A stretch of DNA of 53,970 nt, from the NCBI GenBank assembly GCA_030278895.1, contig JARXKK010000005.1, forward strand, positions 1-53,970, given 5' to 3'. Position numbers and translations under genes: made by a program. Source of the stretch: Acidobacteriota bacterium (lineage in GTDB: Bacteria > Acidobacteriota > Thermoanaerobaculia > UBA5066). The notes beneath the pieces were generated by a model. That model had not been told where the DNA came from, ran no database searches, and was given only the letters and a program-made list of their open reading frames with translations. Below, piece by piece: positions 24,219 through 34,325 of the stretch; within the stretch, counting starts at the first letter, position 1; each line of letters starts with the position of its first letter.

Positions 24219-25529
24219 GTGCCGACGTCTTCGCCGTCTCTGCCCGCGCGTACGACCGGGGTGCCCGTCCACGAGGGGTTCTTCGTCTCGGAGTTCCTCG
24301 GCGAGACGGTGCGCGACGTCGGCCGGCATCCGGTCGGGAAGATCTCGGACTTCGCCGTCGCGACGAGCGCCCGGGCCCCGTTTCCGCGGGTCACGGGCCT
24401 CCTGATCCGAAACCGCTTCGAGACTTTCGTGCTGCCCTGGGAAGACGTCGCCATCTTCCAGCGCAATGCCGTGCGCACGCGCCTCGTCCGGGAGGACCTC
24501 CTGCATCGGCCCCCGGGCGCGGACGAGATCTTTCTCGCGCGGCATCTTCTCGACAAACAGATCGTGGACATCAACGGCGTGAAGGTCGTGCGGGTCAACG
24601 ACCTCAAGCTGGACGTTCTTTCGGGAGACCTCGTCCTCACGGCCGCCGACGTGGGCGTGCGCGGCCTCGTGCGGCGGGTCTTCGGGGCCGGCATCACGCC
24701 CCGTGGCGGCAGGCTTTCCGACGCGTCGCTGCCGGCCCGCCTCATTCCGTGGGACTCGATGCAGCCGCTGCATCCTCAGCTCGAACGCCTCGAGACCACG
24801 CTCCCTCAGGAGAAGCTCCAGAGGCTCCACCCCGCCGACATCGCGGAGATCATGAGCCAGGTTTCGGGCACCGAACGTACCGGAATCTTTCGAAAACTGG
24901 ACGTCGAGACCGCGGCCGACACGCTCCACGAGCTCGAGCCCGAGATGCAGGCGGAGATCATCGAAGACCTGCCGGAGGCGCGCGCCTCGGAGATCCTCGA
25001 GCAGATGCCCGCCGACGAGGCGGCGGACGTCCTGGGCGAGATCGAGGGCGAGCACGCGCGCGACCTCGTCCAGCTCATGGAGAAGGGGGCGGCTGACGAC
25101 GTCACCGAGCTCCTCGTGCACGACGAGAACACGGCCGGCGGACTCATGGGAACCGACTTCGTCACGTTCCCGCCCACGCTCACGGTGCACGAGACGATCC
25201 AGAGACTCCGGCCGGTGGCCCGCGACGCCGAGGCGCTCTTCTACTTCTACGTGGTGGACGAACAGGAGCGCATCCTCGGCGCGCTCTCGGTGCGCGATCT
25301 CCTCGCGGCCCACGATGACGCCGTGCTCGAAATGGTCATGGCGGCGCCGGTTCGAAGCGTCACGCCCGACGTCCCGGCCGACGAGGTGGCCGAGACGATG
25401 TCGAAGTACGACCTCCTTGCCCTTCCCGTCACCGACCCGGAAGGCGTCCTCGTCGGGATCATCACGATCGACGACGTCGTCGATCGCCTCCAGCCGCAGC
25501 CTCGGCGCCGTCGCAGGAGGCTGCGTTGA
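24219..25529 (+). CDS. MgtE cytosolic-domain protein (PRC-barrel-like region, MgtE N-domain, CBS pair; no TM domain)
   Basis: LLDKQIVDINGVKVVRVND, LHPADIAEI, DEAADVL, TAGGLM, KYDLLALPV...GIITIDDV; no membrane segments. Confidence 0.88.
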   Translation: MPTSSPSLPARTTGVPVHEGFFVSEFLGETVRDVGRHPVGKISDFAVATSARAPFPRVTGLLIRNRFETFVLPWEDVAIFQRNAVRTRLVREDLLHRPPGADEIFLARHLLDKQIVDINGVKVVRVNDLKLDVLSGDLVLTAADVGVRGLVRRVFGAGITPRGGRLSDASLPARLIPWDSMQPLHPQLERLETTLPQEKLQRLHPADIAEIMSQVSGTERTGIFRKLDVETAADTLHELEPEMQAEIIEDLPEARASEILEQMPADEAADVLGEIEGEHARDLVQLMEKGAADDVTELLVHDENTAGGLMGTDFVTFPPTLTVHETIQRLRPVARDAEALFYFYVVDEQERILGALSVRDLLAAHDDAVLEMVMAAPVRSVTPDVPADEVAETMSKYDLLALPVTDPEGVLVGIITIDDVVDRLQPQPRRRRRRLR

Positions 25530-26815
25530 TCGCCCCGGCCGCGGCGCCCGCCGCGCCGCGGCCGGACGTGAGAAACTGGCGGCGGCGCCTCACGATCTTC
25601 TTCGCCATCCTCGGGCCCGGGATCATCACGGCGAACGTCGATAACGACGCCGGCGGGATCGCGACCTATTCGATCGCGGGAGCCCACTTCGGCTATTCGC
25701 TCCTCTGGACTCTCGTCCCGATCACGATCGCGCTGATCGTCGTGCAGGAGATGTCCGCGCGGCTCGGCGCCATCACGGGGAAAGGCCTCGGGGAGCTGAT
25801 CCGGGAGAACTACGGGCTCCGGGCCACCTTCTACCTCCTCGTCGCCCTCCTCGTGACCGACATCGGCAACACGGTCGCCGAGTTCGCAGGCTGGGCCGCG
25901 GCGCTCGAAATCTTCGGGATCCCGCGATGGATCTCCGTCCCCATCGGCGCCTTCGTCGTGTGGTGGATCGTCGTGAAGGGAAATTACAAGACCGTCGAGA
26001 AAATCTTCCTGATCGCCTGCTCGATCTACCTCACGTACGTGGTATCCGCCCTTTTCGCGAAGCCGGTGTGGACCGACGTCCTCAAGCAGACCTTCAACCC
26101 GCGAATCGAGTCGAGCGCCGCGTGGGTGCTGATGATCATCGGCATCGTCGGGACCACGATCGCGCCGTGGATGCAGTTCTATCTCCAGTCCTCGATCGTC
26201 GAGAAGCGCATCGGCCCGGAGGAATTCAAGATGTCCCGCTGGGACGTCATCGTGGGCTGCATCCTGACGGACGTCGTCGCGTTCTTCATCATCGTGGCCT
26301 GCGGCGCCACACTATTTCCGGCGGGAATCCGCATCGAAGGCGCCGAGCAGGCCGCGCTCGCCCTGAAACCGCTCGCCGGCAAGTGGGCGGGGACTCTCTT
26401 CGCGCTCGGCCTCGCGAACGCCTCGCTCTTCGCGGCGTGCATCCTTCCCCTCGCCACCGCGTATTCCATTTGCGAGGGGCTCGGCTTCGAGGCGGGCGTC
26501 GACAAGACCTGGGCCGAGGCGCCGCAGTTCAACATCCTCTACACGGGCATGATCGTGATCGGCGCGGGGATCATCCTCATCCCCGGCATCCCGCTCTTTC
26601 CGGTCCTCTTCCTCTCGCAGGTCCTGAACGGCCTCCTCCTGCCGTTCGTCCTCGTCTTCATGTGTCTGCTCGTCAACCGGACCGACATCATGGGCGAGCA
26701 CGTGAACGGGAGGGTGTGGAACTGGATCGCGTGGGGCACGTGCGTCATCATGATCGGGCTCACGATCGTCCTCGTCGTCACCTCGATCTGGCCAGGCCTC
26801 TTCCCGTCCAAATAA
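25526..26815 (+). CDS. NRAMP-family divalent metal transporter (NrmT-like, probably Mg2+)
   Basis: GPGIITANVDNDAGGIATYS, QEMSARLG, GTTIAPWMQF; about 11 hydrophobic segments; overlaps upstream stop. Confidence 0.88.
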   Translation: MIAPAAAPAAPRPDVRNWRRRLTIFFAILGPGIITANVDNDAGGIATYSIAGAHFGYSLLWTLVPITIALIVVQEMSARLGAITGKGLGELIRENYGLRATFYLLVALLVTDIGNTVAEFAGWAAALEIFGIPRWISVPIGAFVVWWIVVKGNYKTVEKIFLIACSIYLTYVVSALFAKPVWTDVLKQTFNPRIESSAAWVLMIIGIVGTTIAPWMQFYLQSSIVEKRIGPEEFKMSRWDVIVGCILTDVVAFFIIVACGATLFPAGIRIEGAEQAALALKPLAGKWAGTLFALGLANASLFAACILPLATAYSICEGLGFEAGVDKTWAEAPQFNILYTGMIVIGAGIILIPGIPLFPVLFLSQVLNGLLLPFVLVFMCLLVNRTDIMGEHVNGRVWNWIAWGTCVIMIGLTIVLVVTSIWPGLFPSK

Positions 26816-26832
26816 GTAGCTCAGGAGGCTCC

Positions 26833-27510
26833 ATGAGTCGTTCCCTCGTCCTCTTCTCTCTCACTCTCGCCCTTCTCGTGGCCGCGGTGCCCGCTTTCGG
26901 GCAAGACCGCGGTGGGACCTTCGAGATCTCGCCCTTCGCCGGCGGCTACTTCGGCGGGCGGCTGTACGCCAACACCGTCGTCACGACGTCGCCGGGCACG
27001 ACGGCGACGTTCGCCTTCCTCGAGCCGGCCGACGACCTCACGTACGGCGTGAGGCTTGCCTACAACGTAACCCGCCATTTCGCCTTCGAGCTCGACTGGA
27101 CGTCGGCGCGTGCCGATCTCAGGACGCCGAACCAGCCCGGCGTGTCGCCCCGGAACCTGCGCGTCGGGCGCCTCCGCCAGAACGCCTACGAGGCGAACAT
27201 GCTCTTCAATTTCGGCAAACGGCGCGCCGTCGGGTACTTCGGTCTCGGCGCCGGGGCCGCGACACTCGACCGGACCGACGCGACCATCGAACCGGCGGCC
27301 CGCACGCGCTTCACCGCGAACATCTCGGCTGGCGCGAAGTTCTTCTTCACGCCGCGCGTCGGGTTGCGGCTGGACGGGCGATACCGCGCCCTCGACCAGC
27401 AGTCCGATTCCGACCGTCGCGGCTGCGACCGCGACGGATTCTGCTCGGACCGCTTGAATCGCTGGTCATACAACGGCGAGCTCACGGGCGGTCTGGTCTT
27501 CGCCTTCTAG
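26833..27510 (+). CDS. Outer-membrane beta-barrel protein (OmpA/OmpW-like)
   Basis: GGAGG RBS, signal peptide, alternating beta strands, terminal Phe (GGLVFAF). Confidence 0.8.
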   Translation: MSRSLVLFSLTLALLVAAVPAFGQDRGGTFEISPFAGGYFGGRLYANTVVTTSPGTTATFAFLEPADDLTYGVRLAYNVTRHFAFELDWTSARADLRTPNQPGVSPRNLRVGRLRQNAYEANMLFNFGKRRAVGYFGLGAGAATLDRTDATIEPAARTRFTANISAGAKFFFTPRVGLRLDGRYRALDQQSDSDRRGCDRDGFCSDRLNRWSYNGELTGGLVFAF

Positions 27511-27935
27511 CTCCGTTCGTCGGGCGGCGCGACGTCGATCCGGCGCGCGCCGCCTTCCCCGATCGCGATCGACACCCGCCAGGCCCGCCGCTCCGTCAGC
27601 GGCGGACGGGGCCACTCCACCGCGAGAATCGCGCTTTCCCTCTCGTCGAGACCGAGGTCCGCGATCGACGCGCCCGCGAAGATGCGATACAGGTCGGCGT
27701 GGACGAGGAGAGGCGGGCTCCCCGCCGGCCCATACTCGTGAACCAGCGCGAAGCTCGGGGACGACACGTCCTCCGGATCGAGGCCGAGCCCGGCGGCGAT
27801 TCCCTTCACGAATTCGGTCTTGCCGGCTCCAAGGTCTCCCTCGAGAAGCACCACGTCACCGGGCGCGAAACGGTGCGCGAAGCTCGCGCCGAGGCGCCTC
27901 GTTTCCTCCGCGGTTGCCGACACGTGCGACGTCAC
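27507..27935 (-). CDS. tsaE: tRNA threonylcarbamoyladenosine biosynthesis ATPase TsaE
   Basis: LEGDLGAGKT, VSSPSFALVHEY, HADLYR, VEWP; follows nnr. Confidence 0.92.
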   Translation of the reverse strand: MTSHVSATAEETRRLGASFAHRFAPGDVVLLEGDLGAGKTEFVKGIAAGLGLDPEDVSSPSFALVHEYGPAGSPPLLVHADLYRIFAGASIADLGLDERESAILAVEWPRPPLTERRAWRVSIAIGEGGARRIDVAPPDERS

Positions 27936-29443
27936 CCGCCGCCGCTCTCCCGCGCCGCGAAGAACGCCTCGGGGAGCGCCTCGACGACGTCGGACGCCGT
28001 GAGCGACTCTTCTCCCTTTTCTTCGCGCACGAAGTCGCCAGCCGTGCCATGGAGCCACGCCGCCGCGCAGGCGGCGTCCCAGGCGTCGAATCCCCGCGCG
28101 AGGCACGCCCCGACGACGCCGGTGAGGACGTCGCCCGTTCCTCCCGACGCCATCGCCGGGTTTCCCGCGAGCACGGGCACGACCCGGCCCGAAGGATCCG
28201 CGACGAGCGATCGAAATCCCTTGAGGATCACGACCGCCTTCGCCCGAGCGGCGATCGTGCGCGCGGCCGTCTCGCGGTCCGCGTTCACGCGCGCCGCGTC
28301 GATGCCGAGAAGGCGCCCGGCTTCCCCGGGATGCGGCGTGAGAACCGTGGGGGCCGGCCGTCTCGCGAAATACGCAGCGTCACCCGCGAGGTTGAGCGCG
28401 TCGGCGTCGAACACCGCGGGGAGGCGCGAATCGGCCGCGCGTTCCACGAGGGCTCGGGCTTCCGCCGAGGCGCCGAGCCCCGGGCCGACCGCGAGCGCGT
28501 CGAAGCGCGCGAAGTCGACGCCCTCTCCCACCGTCATCGTCTCGGGACTCGACATGTGAACGGCGGCGCGGACGGATTCCGGGGCGAAGACGGTGACCGT
28601 CCCCGCTCCGGACCGGTGGGCGCCGCGCGCCGCGAGGGCCGGGGCGCCCGCCATCCCGAGAGAGCCGCCCACCACGAGGAGGCGGCCGAAACTCCCCTTG
28701 TGCGCCCCCGCTTCGCGGCGCGGGAAGAGCAGGGCCACGTCCCCCGCCGCGACGGCCTCTCCCGTGACGCGGCCCTCGTCCTCGAGGAGCGGCAGAAAGC
28801 CGATACCGGCGACGGCGATCCGCCCGCACAGAGAAGCGGCCGGCAACGTTACGTGACAGGGCTTCGGGTATCCGAACGTGACGGTCAGGTCGGCGCGCAC
28901 CGCCGGTGTCCATGGCACGGCGTCGTCGGCGGAGAGGCCCGAGGGCAGGTCGACCGAGACGACGAAGGCCTTCCCCTCGGCAACGAGGCGCACGGCGCGC
29001 GCAGGGAGCCCGTCCGGCGAGATGGGCCGCTTCAATCCGGTGCCGAAGAGAGCGTCCACGACGACGGTCGCGACGCGGAGAGGCTCGAGGTCGCCCTCTT
29101 TCGTGACCTCCCGGATGACTCCGCCGGCCTGCTCGAGCCGCTGATGAGTCCGCCGGGCATCGGCGCTCAGGTGCTCCGGCGCTCCGAAGAGCAGCGTCTC
29201 GACGTTGGACGCGACGCGCGCAGCCTGGAGGAGCCGCGCCGTCTCGAATCCGTCCCCCCCGTTGTTGCCCGGGCCGGCGAGGACGACGACGCGCGCGCCC
29301 CGGGCGGGCCGGCGCGCGATGACTCCCGCGATCTCCCGAACGACGGCGTTGGCGGCCCGCCGCATCAGCACGAGACCGGGCGTTCCCGCCTCGATCGTGC
29401 GCGCGTCGAGGGCCCGGGCATCCTCCGAGCCGAGGACTCTCAA
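27932..29443 (-). CDS. nnr: Bifunctional NAD(P)HX epimerase/dehydratase
   Basis: GPGNNGGDG, DALFGTG, DLPSG, HKGSFG, DADAL, TPHPGEA, GGTGDVLTG. Confidence 0.95.
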   Translation of the reverse strand: MRVLGSEDARALDARTIEAGTPGLVLMRRAANAVVREIAGVIARRPARGARVVVLAGPGNNGGDGFETARLLQAARVASNVETLLFGAPEHLSADARRTHQRLEQAGGVIREVTKEGDLEPLRVATVVVDALFGTGLKRPISPDGLPARAVRLVAEGKAFVVSVDLPSGLSADDAVPWTPAVRADLTVTFGYPKPCHVTLPAASLCGRIAVAGIGFLPLLEDEGRVTGEAVAAGDVALLFPRREAGAHKGSFGRLLVVGGSLGMAGAPALAARGAHRSGAGTVTVFAPESVRAAVHMSSPETMTVGEGVDFARFDALAVGPGLGASAEARALVERAADSRLPAVFDADALNLAGDAAYFARRPAPTVLTPHPGEAGRLLGIDAARVNADRETAARTIAARAKAVVILKGFRSLVADPSGRVVPVLAGNPAMASGGTGDVLTGVVGACLARGFDAWDAACAAAWLHGTAGDFVREEKGEESLTASDVVEALPEAFFAARESGGG

Positions 29444-30132
29444 ACCACACTCCGCCCGAGGAGCGCGGAGAGCGCCCGCCGTGTCGCGGGTGCGAGCTCC
29501 GGGTCTGCCGCGAAGAGCGCCTCGACGTACACGAGATCCTTGATCTCATCGATGTCGGGCACCGTCGAAAGCAGGCGCACGTGATAGCCCCTCGACTCGG
29601 CGGATCTGCGGCTGTCGGCGAGCGCGTGCGCTGACGACCACCGGACGCCGGCGGGAAAGACCGCCGCCGGGTCGACGATCCCCCGCATGCCCACGAGCGA
29701 GAACCCGCCGTCCGGCGCCGGCGCGTACACGACGTCCGCATCTCCCGCGAGGGCGCCAAAGGCCTCGGCGAGGTCTTCGCTCGTCAGGGTCGGCGCGTCG
29801 CTTCCCGCCAGGAGGACGTCACGCCGCCCCTCCATGCGCGCGCGCACGACGGCGCGGGCGAGCCTCTCCCCGAGCGTCCCTTCTCCCTGCGGCACCAGAT
29901 CCCAGGGAGGGCGGAACGTCGCGAGCAGGGTGGGTCCCGCCTCGAACTCGGCGTGGGCGAGCACCGCGTCCCAACGGTCAGGCGACGTCAGGCAGGAAGC
30001 GAGGTCCGACAGGAACGCCGCGTAAAGTGAATGTGCGGCGGCCGCGCCGATCTCGCGGGCGAGACGCGTCTTCACGAACCCCGGAACGGGCTCCCGGGCG
30101 AACAGCACGAAGCGCGAGACGGGCGCGTTCAA
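29440..30132 (-). CDS. DUF2064 / TIGR04282-like glycosyltransferase-fold protein
   Basis: FAREPVPGFVKTRLA, QGEGTLGERL, GSDAP, PAPDGGF, WS, DID. Confidence 0.85.
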   Translation of the reverse strand: MNAPVSRFVLFAREPVPGFVKTRLAREIGAAAAHSLYAAFLSDLASCLTSPDRWDAVLAHAEFEAGPTLLATFRPPWDLVPQGEGTLGERLARAVVRARMEGRRDVLLAGSDAPTLTSEDLAEAFGALAGDADVVYAPAPDGGFSLVGMRGIVDPAAVFPAGVRWSSAHALADSRRSAESRGYHVRLLSTVPDIDEIKDLVYVEALFAADPELAPATRRALSALLGRSVV

Positions 30133-30159
30133 GGTCTCACCGGCGGTTGAATTCCGGCC

Positions 30160-31887
30160 TCACTTTCGGGGGGCCGCTTCCTCCCCCGCGAAGGCCGAGA
30201 CGAAGACGGACTTCTGGAGGTAGCTCGTGGAATTCGTGACGTCGTCGCGCACGGCGATCGAGAGCTTCTGACCGCCGGGAATCATGATGAGCTTGACGTC
30301 GTAAACAAAGTCCTTTTGGTGAAGGGCCTCGAATTTCTTCGCGTCGAGGTCGATCGGGACGGGCTGCGTCGTGAGCTCGGACTGCTTGCCCGCCGAGTCG
30401 ATGACCACGAAGTAGAACACCACGCGGCCGCGCACCTTCGTCCCCTCGGGGAGCATCGCGAGACGCGCGTACGGGATCCGGATGATGACCGGCACCGCGA
30501 AGTTCTCGCGGTCCGCGGGCACGGGCTTCCCGACCTCCAGGCCCACGGCCAGCGGATTGTCGTCGCGGGGGAAGAAAAGGGCCGACGTGACGGCCTCGCG
30601 AACCTGTGTCTCGACGCCCTTCTCGACGTAGCTGCGGCGCGCGCGCACGGTGAACCCCTTCTTCTTCAGCTTCACTTCGACCTTGTGAGGGCGGTCGAGA
30701 CCCGTGCGCACGCTCCGATAGCCGATCGAGTAATACGACGTGTAGTCCTTCTCGATGCCTTTGAGCGCGACGAGAACGTCGTTCTTGTTGAGGATGGCCT
30801 CACCGCCCGTCTCCTCGGACATCAGGCTGAGCATCGACTGGAGATTGTTCCGTTCCAGGAAAGTGTCGATACGCTGACTGGTCGTGCGGGTTTCGGCGGA
30901 CACGCCCGAATCCACGGTGAGGCCGGACGCGTCGAGCGCGTAAATGGAGACGCCCGAAGAGTTGGCCGCCTGGATGACGCCGAGATACTTCGTGGTCCGG
31001 TCGAACTCGAACGACTGCATGGTCTGCATGCCCGCGTCGCGGTATTTGTCCGAGACGTACTGCCAGAGCTCCGCGCCCGGCGACTGCGGAAGTCCGGAGG
31101 AAACGTGGAGCAGGATCTTGCGGCCGTCGACACCCGCGAGCTGGTTGATCGTCGTCTTAATGGCGTCGATCGTGAACGTCAGGTCGTTGTCGAGCGACTG
31201 GCAGTAGCTGCGCACGCGACCCGAGGCCTGGCTCGCCGTCGTCGAGTCGTCGATCCCCTGAATGACGTCGCGCCGGTCCGACAGGATCTGCTGGCCGAAC
31301 GCGCTCTCCTCCTCGATCTGCTTGAGGACGTCGGAGAGGTCCCGGCCGTCGTTCGTGAACTTCCTGCGGATCTTCAGCGACCGGTTCCACACGACGATCA
31401 TGGCCTCGACGTTGTCCCTGACGGAATCGCGGACGAACGTTTCGACGTTCCTGAGGACGCGGTTTCGGTCGCCCGGGGAAAGGTGGAGGTTGTCGATGAA
31501 GATGACGATGCGGGTTCTCGGCGCGTTCGCGACCGTCGGAGGCGCGGGCGCGGCGGCCGGCGGCGCCGGGGCCGCCGCGGCCGGGGCTTCCTCGACGGGC
31601 AGGAATATCTTCCCCTGCTCGATCGGGGAGAAGTTCGTGATGACCTGCTCGAGGTTGTCCTCGACGACGATGAAGTCCTCTTTCTTCAAGCCGGTGACAC
31701 GGTTTCCCTTCCCGTCGGTGACGACGACGTCGAGGTTCGTCACGCTCACGACCTCTCCGCGAGCCACGTAGGGACCGGTGACCCTGTCGGGAGGAGCCTG
31801 CGCCTCGGCTCGCGTCGCCGTGAGCGCGCCCAGGACGGGGATCAGAAGAGAGAAAACGAAACGTGAGGAGCCCGCGCGAATCGCCAT
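30160..31887 (-). CDS. Exported VWA-domain protein (Acidobacterial VWFA-related type)
   Basis: Signal peptide, LDVVVTDGKGNRVTGLKKEDF, GRKILLHVSSG, SEETGG, YYSIGY, VRARRSY. Confidence 0.85.
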   Translation of the reverse strand: MAIRAGSSRFVFSLLIPVLGALTATRAEAQAPPDRVTGPYVARGEVVSVTNLDVVVTDGKGNRVTGLKKEDFIVVEDNLEQVITNFSPIEQGKIFLPVEEAPAAAAPAPPAAAPAPPTVANAPRTRIVIFIDNLHLSPGDRNRVLRNVETFVRDSVRDNVEAMIVVWNRSLKIRRKFTNDGRDLSDVLKQIEEESAFGQQILSDRRDVIQGIDDSTTASQASGRVRSYCQSLDNDLTFTIDAIKTTINQLAGVDGRKILLHVSSGLPQSPGAELWQYVSDKYRDAGMQTMQSFEFDRTTKYLGVIQAANSSGVSIYALDASGLTVDSGVSAETRTTSQRIDTFLERNNLQSMLSLMSEETGGEAILNKNDVLVALKGIEKDYTSYYSIGYRSVRTGLDRPHKVEVKLKKKGFTVRARRSYVEKGVETQVREAVTSALFFPRDDNPLAVGLEVGKPVPADRENFAVPVIIRIPYARLAMLPEGTKVRGRVVFYFVVIDSAGKQSELTTQPVPIDLDAKKFEALHQKDFVYDVKLIMIPGGQKLSIAVRDDVTNSTSYLQKSVFVSAFAGEEAAPRK

Positions 31888-31927
31888 GCCCGGATTGTAC
31901 GGGTCACGCAGATAGAATCCGGCCCTG

Positions 31928-32515
31928 ATGACGATTCGCTTCCGGCGCCACCTGACCGCCGGCCTCCTCGTGCTCGTGCCCCTCGTCGTCACGGTCTCGG
32001 TCGTGAGATTCGTTTTCAACATGATCGACGGCGCCAGCCAGCCGCTCGCGGAGCGCCTCGTGGGCCGGACGATCCCCGGTCTCGGGCTCGCTCTGACGAT
32101 CCTCGGCATCTGGCTCACGGGCGTTCTTTCCACGAACTTCATGGGGAAGAAATTCCTTGAACTTTTCGGCCGTGTCTTGGAGAATCTGCCTCTTGTCAAA
32201 ACCGTCTATACGGCCTCGAAGCAACTCGTCGAGGCGGTGTCACCAGGCGGTCGTCGGGCCTTCCAGCGGGTCGTGCTCGTCGAATTTCCTCATAAGGGGA
32301 CCTTTGCGTTGGGATTCGTGACAGGGAACGGGATCGGAGCCCTTCAGGCGGGAACCCTTTCGGTTTACGTTCCGACGGCCCTGAACCCCACGAGTGGATT
32401 CCTGATATTCGCGAAGGAAAGCGATATCCTCGACCCCCGCCTCACGGTGGAGGAGGGGATCAAGCTCATCGTGTCGGGCGGAGTCGTCAGGCCTCCCGGA
32501 AACGACGGGAACTAA
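31928..32515 (+). CDS. DUF502 membrane protein
   Basis: GLLVLVPLVVT, LPLVKTVY, VVLVEFP, YVPTALNPTSGFL, IVSGG. Confidence 0.9.
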   Translation: MTIRFRRHLTAGLLVLVPLVVTVSVVRFVFNMIDGASQPLAERLVGRTIPGLGLALTILGIWLTGVLSTNFMGKKFLELFGRVLENLPLVKTVYTASKQLVEAVSPGGRRAFQRVVLVEFPHKGTFALGFVTGNGIGALQAGTLSVYVPTALNPTSGFLIFAKESDILDPRLTVEEGIKLIVSGGVVRPPGNDGN

Positions 32516-32590
32516 GGGCCTTCAAGGGCGGTCCAACCGAGAGTCGGCCCGGAATGCCGGACGACGAGACTGGAAAGGAGTGAACGGGCG

Positions 32591-33487
32591 ATGACGGGAA
32601 ATCTCACCGGCAGGGGACGGACGGTTCGGCTGATTGCCGCCGCCGGCCTCGCCGTGCTGTCGCTCGCCGCCGCGGGCTGCGACAAGTTCAAGAGCAAGCA
32701 GCTCATCCGCGAGGGCAACGCCTATTTCAAGGAACAGCTCTACGAGGACGCCCTCAAGAAATACGAAGCCGCCCAGGCGCTCGACCCAGGCGAAGTTCGC
32801 CTCGACAAGTTCGTGGCGATGGGCTACATGGCGCTCTACAACCCCGGCTCGACCCACCCGAAGGACCAGGAGGCCCTGAACCGGTCGATCGAGCACTTCA
32901 AGAAGTACCTCGCCGCCAAGCCCGAGGACGACAAGGCCGCGAAGTTCCTCGTGACCACCTACATGAACGCCCAGAAGTACGACGATGCGATCAAGTACTT
33001 CAAGGAGCTCGTCGCGAAGCACCCGGAGGATTCCCAGGCCGTCCAGACGATCGCGATGCTTTACGCGAAGCAGGGCGACTACGAGAACTCGATGGAGTGG
33101 CAGAAGAAACGCGGCGAGCTCGAGCCGAATAACGCCGAAGTGTTCTACACGATGGGCGTCACGGCATGGGACAAGTCCTACAACACGATGGGGATCGACA
33201 CCTCTCCGGAGAAGGGCATCACGAACGAAAAACGGAAAGAGATGCTCGATTTCGGGATGGCGCAGCTCGACAAGGCCCTTCAGATCAATCCCGACTACTT
33301 CGAAGCCATGCTCTACAAGAACCTTCTTTATCGGCAGTACGTGCGGATCGAGGCGGATCCGGCGAAAGTGGCCGAGCTGAACGCGAAGGCGAACGAGCTG
33401 CAGCAGAAGGCTCTCGAAGTGAAGAAAAAATTCCAGGAAAAGCAGCGTCTCGAGCAGGCGAACAAGAATCCGCTCGAGGCCCTGTAG
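32591..33487 (+). CDS. TPR-containing lipoprotein
   Basis: Lipobox AAAGC, multiple TPR-like helical repeats; AAGGAG RBS. Confidence 0.85.
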   Translation: MTGNLTGRGRTVRLIAAAGLAVLSLAAAGCDKFKSKQLIREGNAYFKEQLYEDALKKYEAAQALDPGEVRLDKFVAMGYMALYNPGSTHPKDQEALNRSIEHFKKYLAAKPEDDKAAKFLVTTYMNAQKYDDAIKYFKELVAKHPEDSQAVQTIAMLYAKQGDYENSMEWQKKRGELEPNNAEVFYTMGVTAWDKSYNTMGIDTSPEKGITNEKRKEMLDFGMAQLDKALQINPDYFEAMLYKNLLYRQYVRIEADPAKVAELNAKANELQQKALEVKKKFQEKQRLEQANKNPLEAL

Positions 33488-33505
33488 GGAGGCGGGAGAG
33501 GACGC

Positions 33506-34240
33506 ATGTTCGAAGCCTCGCTCATCGAATCCGCGAAGCACAAGGGCGGCGGCCAGCGCTGGTACACCCTGCCGCTTTCGGTCCTCATCCACGTCGTCGT
33601 GATCGGGACCGCGCTCGGCCTCTCGATGTGGTACATCGAGGACATCCCCGAGCCCCCGATTCCAGTGCAGTTCTACTCCATGGCGGCTCCCCCGCCGCCT
33701 CCTCCGCCTCCGCCTCCGAAGGCCGCGGCCGCGAAGCCCACGCAGAAAGTCGAGCCCGTCAAGCCGAATCAGGTGACCTCGCCGATCGCCGTTCCCGACA
33801 CGCTTCCCCCGCCGACGAGCGCGCCGGAGCCGGATAACGCCGGTGTCGAGGGCGGCGTCGAGGGCGGCGTCGAAGGCGGCGTCGCGGGTGGTGTCATGGG
33901 CGGCGTCCTCGGCGGTGTCAAGGGCGGCATGCTCGGTGAGAAGGGCGAGGAGCCCCTCCGGGTCGGCGGTGAAGTCAAGGAGCCGATCGAGATCTCGCGC
34001 GTGAAGCCCCAGTACCCCGAGGCCGCCCGCAAGGCGCGCATGCAGGGGGTCTGTATTCTCGAGGCCATCATCACGAGATCGGGAGACGTCGATTCCGTCC
34101 GCGTCCTGCGCGGCCTAAACCCGCTCCTCGACAACGCCGCGATCCGCGCGGTCCAGCAGTGGAAGTACAAGCCAGCCACGTTCAACGGCCGGCCCGTCCC
34201 CGTTTACCTGACCGTGACCGTTACCTTCACCCTTCAGTGA
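33506..34240 (+). CDS. tonB: TonB family energy transducer
   Basis: TM segment with SxxxH, poly-Pro linker, GGV repeats, PQYPEAARKARMQG...WKYKPA C-terminal domain. Confidence 0.9.
   Translation: MFEASLIESAKHKGGGQRWYTLPLSVLIHVVVIGTALGLSMWYIEDIPEPPIPVQFYSMAAPPPPPPPPPPKAAAAKPTQKVEPVKPNQVTSPIAVPDTLPPPTSAPEPDNAGVEGGVEGGVEGGVAGGVMGGVLGGVKGGMLGEKGEEPLRVGGEVKEPIEISRVKPQYPEAARKARMQGVCILEAIITRSGDVDSVRVLRGLNPLLDNAAIRAVQQWKYKPATFNGRPVPVYLTVTVTFTLQ
33842..33937 (+). repeat. 12-bp tandem repeat encoding GGV(E/A/M/L/K) in TonB
   Basis: GGCGGCGTCGAG-type units, about 8 copies. Confidence 0.8.
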
Positions 34241-34325
34241 CGGAACGGCGAGCCCTGACGAAACAGCATTTGGCATTCGAAAAACAGCACGAACCGAGTC
34301 ATAAAATTCAAGGAGGACGATTCCC

